A DNA stretch of 64,000 nucleotides. Origin: Cirrosporium novae-zelandiae (taxonomy: Eukaryota). Below are positions 22,801 through 35,175 of this stretch, piece by piece (position 1 is the first letter of the stretch; the number at the start of each line of letters is the position of its first letter). The stretch is taken from NCBI GenBank assembly GCA_026023565.1, contig JAPETS010000003.1:992001-1056000 (forward strand), written 5' to 3'. The notes beneath the pieces are model-generated. The model did not search any database and was not told where the DNA came from. It was given only the letters and a program-made list of their open reading frames with translations. The position numbers and the translations under genes were made by a program.

Positions 22801-25800
22801 CTAGTGAAATTATATCAACAAGAGATAGAAATCTTGAGTATAATTACATTTGATGGGAGGTATAACTTATGGGGTATGTTATTAGGCTCGTGGATTTTTT
22901 GTCACTACTGACGCTTTAGATAGGCCTTGTTTTCTAGGTTTTCGGAAATGGTGAAATAAAAAGCCTGTGATAGAGGCTGCAGTGGTAGCGGATAGTTACC
23001 CTGTAGAGACCATGACAACGGAACCTGGTGATATCCCTCTTCGGATCATTTCAAGACGGAATGTAAATTCTCTATTAAGTGCCAACATAGCCATCCATCT
23101 TCATGAGTGGGTTCTATTTCGAGTAGCAGAAGACGAACTGCAGGTCCGAAATTTGTTTGACAGTAACAAATGGCGAAATGAGTACGGGCTGGCTTAATTA
23201 ATAGGATCTTTTTCTCAAATATTTCCGCCTTCTATAGTCTTTCATATTTTCTCCTTAACCTTATTAGACTTACTTTCATCAGCCTCCCCTCCTACCTATA
23301 CTCTCCTTCTTCACATTGCGTTGGTGTTGGTCGCTCCGTCAGGCATTTGAGCTTAGAAATAATTTCCCCCTTATTTCATTCTATTGTAGGGGGCTAACCT
23401 GGACTTTTCATACGATCTCTCTATTACAGTCATATTTTCAAAGGCATATGAGTATCTACCTGTGATGTGTACCGGACTTGACCAACATGGATAAAGAGGA
23501 AGGTTAAATCTCGAGACAAACTAACTCAGGGTATCACTTCTTTCGTCGACAAGCTCTGGTCGTTGGTTGATGGTTACCATGGCTATGAGCATTCAGTATG
23601 ATTTTCAAACTATACGCCTCTCTGGTGAATATCTCTCGTGCCGTCCTATGCAGCAGAAGCTCACGAACTTTATGTATGGATTTAAAATGTCCCAGATACT
23701 AACACATATCCATAAAACGTCATCCTCCTCCTCCAGCCAGCGATTAATTTCCATGCTAGCTTTAGTATAGGATTCATAAACTCATGAGGAACAATGGTCT
23801 CAAGAGTTTACAAGGCCCTATTCAAGGGATAAGAAGAACTCGAGCTTGGACGATGTGTGGAAACGAGAACTAGCATAGGCTTATCAGCTCAGAAGTACAA
23901 GATAAATTGTTCGTGAGCAGCTCTTCTTTTATTCCCTCGACCTCTATGGACATGAAAGTGAAAATCGGGGAACCAAGCAACCATGCTTAAGATAGATTGC
24001 CTTATATGATATATTCATTCCGTAAAACTTGTTAAACAACCGAACTTTTCATTATATTTACAAAAGCCCACCTCTTACCTTTTTACCATCTTCTACACTC
24101 TATTTAAGAAATAAATCACAATATTATTCAATTCAGTGTGGGCTATCCTTAGCAACATGTATGACAAGCTCATAAAAATCTTCCTCGTTCCATCCAAAAA
24201 AATAGTAGAGATCGTCATCACATCACCACGAAAGCTCCACCATGCACTTTGTCATCACCACCAAACAGTAACATCAAAGCGCATGTACGTCTACATATAG
24301 AAGAAAAAATATCAATTCGATACCCCCTTATCACCCTAGTAATAAGAACCCAACCTCCTCCTCCTATTGTCCCCCGGTGGTGCAAAAAAAAAACAGCTGT
24401 ATTTCATGGGCTCGATAATTGGTTTTTTATTTTTGGGGTTCAATTCACCTTGTATCTTGCACCTCTATCGATCTATCTAATTATATAACTATCTATGGTC
24501 TACATCGCATACGTGTCTGATTCAAAATCAAGACATTGTATGACCACGAAGTTGGTTAAATTCGTACTCAAACTGGGGAGCTTCGAAGCTGTTACTGGTT
24601 TTTCTGTTCTGGTGCATTTTTCTTTTCTTTTCAGCTGGCTGTAGAATCATGCAGGTTGCCATGCGTGGCACGACCTAAATGCCTACATCTACTTATCTAG
24701 CCCAACCCTGAACCAATCCTTTCGCCTAGCTACCTAAGCAAGCATGTAACATGCTACAGAATCACTTCTCGCATCTTGTTTTACAAATATTTTTTCTTCC
24801 AAACTTCAAGTTCCAAGAGAAACATATACGCAAGCCTTACTATTTTCGCCACACACATCATACATCACACAATGGATCGTTCTTCTACACACAACAAGTC
24901 ATCTAAGACAACAAAAACACCATTTATACAGGATGTATGAATCATGAAACATATGCGTTACAACCACCATTGTGTAGTCTTTATTTTCTCTCCTTTCCGA
25001 TTTTCTGGGAACGCCAAACCTACCAATAATAACCCGAATTTTCCTCTGTTTTACTTCTTGTTCCTATATCCACCTCCACCCTATTCTTGGACATTTTGGA
25101 CTTGACATACTGACAAACTGCATGTAAAACCCACAGGTCGCAACCAACCAAAGACAAGAAACCTAGTAAGCTATCATAGTCTCACAACGCTATTCAAACA
25201 TGTTCTCGAAAAACATATGCTATATGTACTGCCCCATATGCGTGTACCACAATTCACCAGGCAACGTCAACCTATCTGTGCATACAAGCTCCAGCATGCC
25301 TGTCTTTTTTCTTTCTCGTCTTCCATGTCGTCCATGTGATCTATCCACAACAGCTACAACAGACAGCTACAACAGCCCCACTGCCTTGTATTACATTACT
25401 AACTTTTCGGCAATCCAATTCGACCCAGTCCCAATGCTTTAACTTACACTTACTGTTCCGACACGTCCGACTCGACCTCCTAAAGCTAGAGGATACCGAT
25501 CTAGCTTCAGGATCTCGGAAGGTGCGAAACTTGAAGCCCCGAAATAAAACACGACGTGTATAATTAGCAGGAACGAGGTCTCCAATGCATATTCGTACAA
25601 TAATAAGTAGTTATCTAATACGAGACCCACCAAAAGTCAGTTACCATATGCAGATAGTTCTCGCGAGATTCATTCGCCCGAGGAAGCTATTAAGCCTTGC
25701 TATTTGTTTTGTGGTTTCCCTCTCTATGCAGTATCTATCTACTTGCTTATCTCTGTATACCTGTATGCATGCATGTTTGTCCTTGCCTCTCCCTAGTCAG

Positions 25801-26663
25801 TCGCTCAGCCCGCATGAACCACCAAGATCCAAGCTCCAAGATCCAAGGCTTCAAAAGTTCCGCCACCACAGCTGTAAAGCTAACCTCCGCCTCCGCCACT
25901 ACCACCATTATCATGATCATTATCATTATTGTCACTACCAACCTCCGTAAGAAAAGACAGGGACATACTACCACCACCACCACCACCACCAACCTCCACA
26001 AAAATTGACAGGGACATGCTGCCACCACCACACAAACCTTCTTCCTTGTCTATCAACTGTAATACTCTACCTTCCGCCACTGCCATCGAGGCTAGAATGC
26101 CACAGATGGCAAGTACAAAGTCTATGATTGTATATAGGTCTATACAACACCACACCCCGCCATACAATGCGCACTCCGCTCCTATTATTCTCCTTATCTG
26201 CAATGGAAAAATAAACAAAGATAAAGGACAGCCTTCAAAGACTTGATAATGGTGATAGGGGAGTAATAGTATCATCATCATCATCATCATAAACGATAAT
26301 CGAGAACCCTATCTGATATTATATCTCTTAGGCCTAGAAAACACAAAGTATAAAAAGTAACTTATTATTAGTACATCTATATGGAATAGGTTTTTTCTAA
26401 CGTTATTTGGTTATTATTGCTTACTATTTATTTTGTCGCTACTATTCTCACTGTTGCTAATTGATCCTCATCGTAATAAAGTATATAGATACATATATAT
26501 ATCTTCAATAAAACACAATTCAAAAGCCCCCCCCATTAAAACGAAACTAACCACCCTACTCTACCCTACTCCCCCAAAACCAATAAAGTAAAAAAAAAAA
26601 AAAGAAACGAAACGGCACGAAAACACAATTAAATAAATAGTTAGTTTTCCAAAACACGTTACT

Positions 26664-26880
26664 TAATCGCCCAGAACCGTAGCCACACAGATAGGTAAAG
26701 AGAGGGTAACTAGAACTAGAACTGAAGCTAGAAGCAAAGGTTTTTTGAATCTTACACACGCATAACTAACTAACCGCCCAGAACTGTAGCCACACAGATA
26801 AGTAAAGAGAGTATAACTAGAAGCGAAGGTTTTTGAGTCTTATATACACACATACACACACATAAATAATTAACCGCCCA
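26664..26880. repeat. Imperfect tandem duplication of a ~100-bp unit (2 copies plus the start of a third)
   Basis: TAAYCGCCCAGAACYGTAGCCACACAGATARGTAAAGAGAG at 26664 and 26771; TAACCGCCCA again at 26871. Confidence 0.85.
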
Positions 26881-28452
26881 ACATAACATTAACATTAACG
26901 TCAACATACACTATCACTAATGAAAATAGGAAAAGGGGAAGCTCTATCTATGACTACTACGCGCCGCCGCTCTGAACTTTTCAACTACTTAACTAGAATT
27001 TCTATGGGGGGGGGGAATACCAAAAAAAAAATTTTTATTTTATTTGTGTAGACATTTGTATTTTATTGAATGAATGCCATAAATACCAAGTTCGGTTAAT
27101 TAGGTTAATTAGGTTCGGTTGCGAAAAAATTCCTAAGAAAGCACTCCGTGCCTAATTAACTTACTAATCTAACTATATAAACCCCCAAAGCCACGCAAGC
27201 ATACACGCACACACAATCCCCCTCCCCCCATCCAAACATCTCCCCCCATCTCTCTCAGCCCAAAGTTTAAACTTAACCGTCCACAAACAAGGTAATTCGG
27301 TACCTTTTTTTTTTTAAATTCAATTAAGCATCTTTTTTTAAGAAAACCGGAAAATGGAAAGAAGAATGGAAAGGGAATGGAAGGGGTTTTAGTTAATTAA
27401 TCATTAGGCTTAATTGAACGAAAATGTTTATGTAAGGTTAATGTTAATATTAATGTAATTTTATATCTGGTTCTGGGGGGGGGGGGGGAGAAGGGATGGT
27501 ATATTTCATGGATGGATAGATGGATGGGTTATGTAAACTATCATTGATTTTCATGGGAGCGCAGGCATGCGCCTGTTGGATACATAGATAGAGTAGTAGT
27601 AGTAATGATGGTGGTGACGGTGGTGGTGATTAATGCATATCTATATCATCTGACTAAAAAAAAAAAAAAAAACTATCAACGTTGATTATAATTAAAGCAA
27701 ATGTAACGAACGAAACCACCTAATTAGTAATTAGTAAATTACGAAAGGCAAGCAAAGCAAAGCAAAGCATGAAGACGGATGCTGATGATGTTAAGGAAAG
27801 CTGTGGGTAGGTTAGGTTGGTTGTCATTCAGTTAGTTAACTGGAACTTTTGTGGGTTATTTTTTTATTATTTATTTATTATTTATTTTTTTGCTTTGCCT
27901 TTGTGGCAGATAATTTCAATCGCTCGCTCGCTCGGGTTCCTGCCTCGTTCCTGGCTGCTGGTGGCTTGTTTATTTTTTATTTTTTAATTTTTTTATTTTT
28001 GCCGCTGTGGCTTTTAACTTAATACTTGGTAGAAGGGACCAGGGGCGGAACTTAAAGTATGTATTATACTTGTACAGTACATGTACATGTGTATTTGTTA
28101 TGGGGGATTTTTTTTAATTGTAGGGTTTTGGGGGTTTGGGAATGGGTGTTAAGGGGAGTAAGACGAGTAAGGTGAGCGGGTAAGCGAGCGAGTTTTAACT
28201 ATGTTGCATTGTGGAAGAAGGGGTTTCGAAGTAAGGTTATGTTGTGCTGTGCTGTGCTGTGCTGTGTTGTATTTATTTTTTGTTTCTTGGGAGAGTGGGT
28301 GGTGTTGAGCGTTAAGTGACAACCCCAGACCAAAAGTGTTACAAAACCAAAATATTGCCTGTCATTGTGGGGTTGGAGCGTATTTTATTATTTCGCGACC
28401 AGCGCTTAAGTTACAAACATACACACACAAGAAAAATTTAATCAGTACTGAA

Positions 28453-28488
28453 TATTGGTATTGGTATTGGTATTGGTATTGGTATTGG
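28453..28488. repeat. (TATTGG)6 microsatellite
   Basis: Directly visible. Confidence 0.9.
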
Positions 28489-28870
28489 TATTTGGTGTGG
28501 TGTGTGTGTATTTTGCCCTGCAAGAGAAATCTATCTATTGATCGATTGATTTGATATCATAGTATCATTCGTAGCCCGCCTGCGAGTCTCCGCTGCTCAC
28601 AGAGCGAGGTTTCATTAAATCCCGTCTCGTCTCTCCCTCATGTCTGTGTCCATGTCGAAGGAAAGAAGGAAGGAACGGTTTGTGTGTCCCCTATGTGCGC
28701 TGGCGTGCTATTGGTGGTCATGAATATTCTGATAAAATAGGCACGCCTCAAGAAGTGAATAAAAAATGGAATAAAAAGAAGGGCAATGATAATTTACAGA
28801 GAAAGAAGTGAAAGGTATGAATAAAAAAGGGTCGTTCACCACTACCACTGGGTGAGAAGAAGCGTCAGTG

Positions 28871-31425
28871 TTAGTAGTGATACCGACGATGCGCACCAAA
28901 TCTTCGGGAGCGAAGAAATTGATCCAAGTGACTCTGCTGTCGTCGATGTTCCAAGCGCGGTGGCTCCAGGAGTGGTAGAGCTCCTGGTACGTGTTGGGGA
29001 TCCGAAACGGCACTTTGGAGGGGCGTCGGTGAGGACTCTAGGGGACTTTCAGGGTCTGATGGTGAGATGGAGGATGGTATTACATTCGATCCGGATTCGG
29101 ATCCAGAATCTGAGGATGTATAGGGGCAGAATGTAGTAGTCGATGTGGTCACCGCAGTCGTCATGACCACTGTTGTCACAACTGTAACGATTGAAGGGAC
29201 AGCTGCAATGGTCTTTGTGGCCGCGGCAGTTTGTGTGGCTACAGCAGTTTCTGTTGCTGCGGCGGTCTTCGTAGCTGCTGCGGTTTTAGTTTTGGTGGCA
29301 GCGGCGGTCTTTGTTGCTGCGCCGGTCTTCGTAGCCGTGATAGTCTTCGTAACTCCAGCAGTCTTCGTAGCTGCTGCAGTTTTAGTTTTGGTGGCAGCGG
29401 CGGTCTTAGTTTTTGTGGCTGTGGCAGAAGCGGCAGTGGTGGTAGACTTTTTAGTACCACAGAAGCCAGAGCCGGCTAGGAGGGTGGTTGGGTACCAAAC
29501 TTGAGGTTGGCCATTGAAGAGGGTAAATGTAACGTAGCCGTCATCGCCTGTGGTAGTGGTATTGCAACTAAAAACTTCAGTGAGGCTGACGCCAGAGTCA
29601 AAGCCAGAGTCAGAGAATTCAATGCTGTAGGCACCGCCTCCAAGTCCCTCTGTTGTCAAAACCGTAAGGGTTTGACTGCCATTGTAGCCTTTGCGCATGA
29701 CAAGAGTGTGGTAATCGTAGTAGATTGGGTCATTGAGATATAGTGTCCAATTCTTGCTGGCGGTGATGGCATGAGAGCGAATTTGGTTCAGAGTCTTAAC
29801 TTGTTGATAGAGAGGACTGCTGGTGTTGTAATCAGAAAGCCAAAGGGCTTCACGATTGCAAGGAGTGTCACTACCTGCATAGTGCTGTTCCTGGCCTTGG
29901 TAGACTAACCATTGCGTTAGAGGCTGTGACAGGGTGGAAATCAAAGGATACTTACTGATTGGCATACCATCAGCTAACATTGTGAATGTAATAATATTTT
30001 TCGCCAACTATAACTGCCTTAGTTTCTGTGGGCTCAAGACGGAGAGATTAAATACCTACAGCAATGTCCTCAGTAAAAGATGCAAACCTTGGTTGATCGT
30101 GGTTTTCCGAGAAGCTTCCTAGTATGGTGGGATCCTAGACGACTTAGATCATTTCTGCAGTGGCGGGAAGTAATACATACGCTGCAGGCGTCATTGACCG
30201 CGCTGATTTCTTCCACCAGACTAGAGATATCTCCAAGAGTGTTCCAGAAAGCTCGAAGAAGGGGAAAGTATCTGTCCACCTGATGAATAAAATTTCTCAA
30301 ATTCCAAGGGGATAGATACTTACGTTCCATAATTCAATACACTGTCCGTATAGCCCTGGTAGCTACACGTGTAGCCCGCATCGCCGCTAGCAATTTCCCC
30401 CATCGTGAGTATTCCAGCTGCGGTCGTGAAGTTGAGGTAGAACGATGCATCCACATTTGCCGCAGAATCCAAGCGGAGGCCATCAACTGTACAGAAGAGT
30501 TAGTAACTGATAGATTTAGGTATGAGCTGAACTTACTTGAGTAGTTTGCAACCAACTCATGGATCCATTCATCGTAAATTTCCTGCACTTCCGTCTCCTC
30601 AGTACGTAAATCCGGGAGACAAACGATTTCATCTCCGAGCCAACACTGTCCCCGTGTTAGCGGACATGATCAACATGGCTAAATGAGATTGTCCAGTTAC
30701 TCTCATACCTTCTGAGTATTCTCTGTTGAGTCGCCTGTAATTTCGCAGTATGAATGAAAGAATCTTTCATCGTCAAAAGGCCGTAAATTCGAATAATCTA
30801 TGCTAGTAGAGTTGCCAGACCAGCCAAAGTGATTGACTTGGAAAAAATTAGAACTGTGGCAGCAGCCATATCTGGGCACCAAAGCTTACCCACAACATCT
30901 ACCATCAAATACTAAAAGGCTTAAGTTAGTATACCTAAGCCACTCCAAGTTGAATGGGCACCCACCATTCCTCGTTTATGTAGAGCATTCGCCAAATCGA
31001 CAAGATCTTCTCGTGTCCCAAAATGGCTGTTCACCTCGTACAAGTCTTGCTGCCAATAACCGTGATACGCATCTCCGTCGGATGAGCTACCTTCCAGCTG
31101 ATAGGTAATGGGTGAAATCCAGATCTATCACATTACCGGGCCGTTGTCAGCCAAATCATGCCAACCTTTCTAAAGATAAATCGGGAGGTGTTACTGCGGT
31201 GAAGCCCATATCCTGAATGTAATCCAGACCGTTGATCAACCCCCTCCAGGTTCCTCCACAATAAGTTCCCATTTTAGCATCGCATCCAACATCGGTGGAA
31301 CCATTGGTTAAGGCAAAGCGATCAGTAAGAACTTGATAAATACTGGCCGAACGCCATTCATCGGCAGTGGCTGCAGTGCATATTGCTACCAAAAATGGTA
31401 GAAAGAAAAGAAAAGAAAACCCCAT
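28871..31425 (-). CDS. Secreted GH13 (Taka-amylase-like) alpha-amylase/glucanotransferase with Thr/Ala-rich repeat stalk, multi-exon
   Basis: Signal MGFSFLFFLPFLVAICTA; DEWRSASIYQVLTDRFA, YCGGTWRG, IWISP, YHGYWQQD; region I DVV|VNH, II DGLRLDSAANV, III GEI, IV FSENHDQPRF; YQGQEQH and NREALWLS. Confidence 0.93.
29200..29440 (-). repeat. Coding tandem repeat (AAATKT/AAATKTKT units) in the amylase stalk
   Basis: Repeated GCAGCGGCGGTCTT / GTCTTCGTAGC units on the + strand; peptide AAATKTKTAAATKT... Confidence 0.85.
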
Positions 31426-32174
31426 GGCCACAGGCCTAATTCAGAAATAGTTAAGGAAAGACTTGGAGTGAGCGAATGTGCCAGCACCTGTTGTAGAGAA
31501 GAAATGCGATTCAACGCAAAGGGAAGATGAGCATTTCTCAAAATTGAGATGATGGTAAGAAGGTAAAAGAACCATTCACCACAACACGACATAGTGAATG
31601 AGCTGAGGCATTATTCCTTTGGCCTCTTGGTAGACGGTGTTGGGTCAGTGTTGGGTCATCCGTCTGAATGTCGAGCCCTATCTTTGACAGGCTTGGCGCT
31701 AGGTTTCAAAGAAAACAAGGTTACGCAACAAGGTGGTGAGCTGGTGGTGAATGATCTCCAGACTCTCTATGGTTTAAATTAACAACACGCAATATCTAAT
31801 TACAAAAGATCAGGTTCGTAGGAGTTGATGAGAGATAAATATTCTATGAGGATCTATCAAATTACAATCAGCAAATTATCTGATTCCAATCCATCGAGAA
31901 GAATTGGATGAGGTTACCTTTGGTTATTACCCTATGACCCTGTTTCGCTTATTAGGAAGAGACAGGATGGATGGACCTTTGAGCAAGCAAGCATGAATCA
32001 TGAAGGAATGATTTTAATTACTTTACGCTATTCATGTGAAAAAAGGAAAAGAAAAAAGAAAAAAGCATTGGCATGAATTCTAGGCTTAGATCGATGACGA
32101 TAGATATAAGGCATAAATTCAGGTCGGTTGATAGATATCCCTCTTTCATACATGCATATTTAGCGAGGACAGTA

Positions 32175-34651
32175 GCATAGTGGCATAGTGGCATAGTGGC
32201 ATAGTGGCATAAGTGGCAGATGATGACAGGCTGTGTGGCATACGGGGTGTAAAAGTGTAAAGGGTGTGTGGATGATCGACGGATAACAGATAGAGTAATA
32301 CCACAGGAGAAAGAGTGACAAGGAATTGATCAAGGGATAACCAAGAGCTTCCGAAAACTGTCCAAGGGGACCCCCTTTGAAAGTCAGGAACAAATTTTTA
32401 TGTATTTTTTGTACTCGTCACATTTATCACAATTTATCGCCTCTTCAAACCACGTACACCAAAGGAAACCAAGCCACATCTGCCTTGTTCCTTATTCCAT
32501 GTTCCTTGTACTCATATTTCCTTGACGGGCCGTAAAAAAAAACCATGTCGATATCCTTTTATCTTTGGCGTCGGGCCGTTTCGAACTTCCAGCCACCAGT
32601 CAGAGCCGCAGGTCTCGAGCTTTCAGCGCTATTACCGGTTACTAACACACACCCACAAACGCCCTAACTACCAGCCTGTCACAACTCCCGAACCCGCCTC
32701 AAAGCAAAGCAAAGCAAAGCCTCAAAATGGAAATAGTTGAATATGGCTAGAAAAATAATAAAAACAATACACAACATCCGAATCTGGAACCTCTCACCTG
32801 TTGCCACTCTCCTTTGAATCTTTTAACTTCGATCGAAGCCTCTGAGCCTCGTTAGTTTCTCGCATCTTGATGTAGTACCTATAGTACCCATAGTACCCAT
32901 CGTACCCATAGTACCCATAGTTTACTACCCATAACCTTGAACCCTAAAGGCATAATGGTGAGCCATATCAATACAATCAATGATGTGAACACTACTCTCC
33001 GATGTCCGATACATTTTAGGCGATATGACGAGATCCGCTATCCGTGCCTTTTGTTTTTAATTTTTGATGCTTTTCCCATGAACTTGGCAATGAGGCTATA
33101 ATAGTCCCAAATTTTACTGGACTTTCCTTTACCAAGCAGTAATTAGAAGGGTGGCAAACTCCTGTACTGTCTGATGCCCTGCTGCTGCTTCCTTCTGTCT
33201 AACATTGACACCTCGGCCTTGGCAAGATTGTTTGGCGGTCCTGTCACTTAATTGTCTGACAATTGAAGGCAGAAGAAGAAGAAAAAATGGCAGTCTTACA
33301 AACGCAGCTGGATCCTACAGAAAAATGCAGCACCCCCTTCAAACTTGGATCATCTCCGTGAACGACTTAACTCTAACAGCGGATACTTATGTAAATTATA
33401 GACTATTGGATTGTTGAATGGAGAGATGGTTTGTTGAATGGATCGGGTGTTTTGTTATAGATTCTAGAGGAATTAAAGTGAAACAACGGCTATCAAGGGT
33501 ATACGGTGTATACTTTACTGTACAGTAAACAGAGAAAGCGAAGGAGAGAGAAGGAGGGGGAGGGAGAGAAAGAGTAGTCAATTTTGATAAGAAGTAGGTG
33601 GGGCTAATTGGAAGGGAAAAGGGTAAAGAAAGGGCTAAAAGATGCTTAGAGCCAAACTCTGGTAAAAAGGTTACTAATTAAGTACTACTAGTAGTCTAAC
33701 GAACAGCACCAAAAAGAATCTGCCAAAGAAAGAAAAAATAAAATAAAAAATCAAGTCAACCGTTATTGGCACTACTCGATTTCTCCCGTCCACCGTCATC
33801 TTGGCATTTTGCACCCTTCAACCTTTCCCTGCCTGTCCCTACTCAACATCTGAAACTTACACCTAAGCGCAGGCATTCCACAACTTTCACAGCAACATCC
33901 CCCCCAAAGCCACGACAACCACAAGAATCACACGTAAACAGGTTTTTCGAATCTTTAACTTTTGACTTCTGCATCATTATCCCACGTTCGCATGCAAAAC
34001 AAAAATAGTAATCATGTTTAATCGCTTAAACCAGCAATTGTCATTCAATCGTAGGGCACCCGGTTTAGCCCCATTGACACGGCGGCATCCTCGGACAGGA
34101 TACTATCTCCCGGATTTGATCAGCAAGATGGCACTTAAATGGCACTTAGATTGGTCGGGACGATCCCATTGGGTCGTCCACGCGTCTTTCCATCTAAAAA
34201 TGAACAGCTTACCGCTTATCCAGCCCTTTTTTCAATTACCCTTCGTGGATATTATTCTATCGTCACTGGTTCTCCATTAATTAAGCTACCTGGGTATATG
34301 ATACTTCTGGCCCTATCTACACGATATGCATCATAATGCACCGTAGGCAAGGGGAACATGGGAAGGTGGAGTTGTCAGCCGCGGCTGGTGAGGCCTGTTT
34401 GTGATGGGATTAATTATTGCAGCAGCAGGAGAGAGAGAGAGAGATAACGAACTGCAGGGGTGTAATGTTGTTTCCGCATGGCTCTGTTTGATTACAGATT
34501 TGACTTTTGTACCTCACGTGTAAAGTTGTCTAAACTTGTCTCGAACCCTGTTTGTTTCTTGGGGCATTTTTCTCTTCCTCTCGCTCTTTCTTTGGTTGTG
34601 AAACATGAGGTAATGGTCGTTTTTGGTAGTCTTTGGTAGTCTTTGGTAGTC
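32175..34651. repeat. Short tandem repeats in the divergent amylase/ags intergenic region
   Basis: (GCATAGTG)4 at 32175, (AGTACCCAT)~4 at about 32883 and (TTTGGTAGTC)3 at 34622. Confidence 0.8.
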
Positions 34652-35175
34652 TGGTACTTTTGGTACCTTGTCTGGTCTTTTATCTGGTCCAAGCTTCTGT
34701 TGGTATCCCAGCTCCCCAATTCCCAGCAACCACTCTTCCCTACCTCCATCCACCCACCCCTCGGTGGCTTTGGCTTTTATCGGTTCATGGCAACTTGCTC
34801 TGCCAGCGTTATTGGCATTAATGTGCATGTTCAGCAAGATGCTTAACATGATCCCCTTTGGTTGCAGCGCCCCACCCATACTTTGAATCAAAGTATGAAG
34901 CTTTTCCCGTCTTCCGTCTTTTATCTTTCATCTTGCATCTTGCATTTTTCATCTTGATTTATTCCTTCGCTCTCCCAGTTTGGTCAAGGTGTTGTTGTAG
35001 CCTTGCTTCGTTACTTTCGTTAAAACGGCTGGTTATATAAGTAGATGTGTGGCGACTTTGAAACTTAGGATACCTTTTGGACCCTCCGACGTGGACGCCT
35101 TGAACAACTGGAATTTACATGTGCTGCCGGCAGCAGTTTTGTCCCAGCTTCTAAGCTGACCTTTCGCTTCGCACA

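Noticed and set aside
25585..26290. Several overlapping 90-136 aa ORFs
   Set aside because: Products of CAC/CAT trinucleotide runs; no recognisable domain.
29145..29504. Val/Ala-rich ORF on the + strand
   Set aside because: Antisense shadow of the amylase AAATKT repeat.
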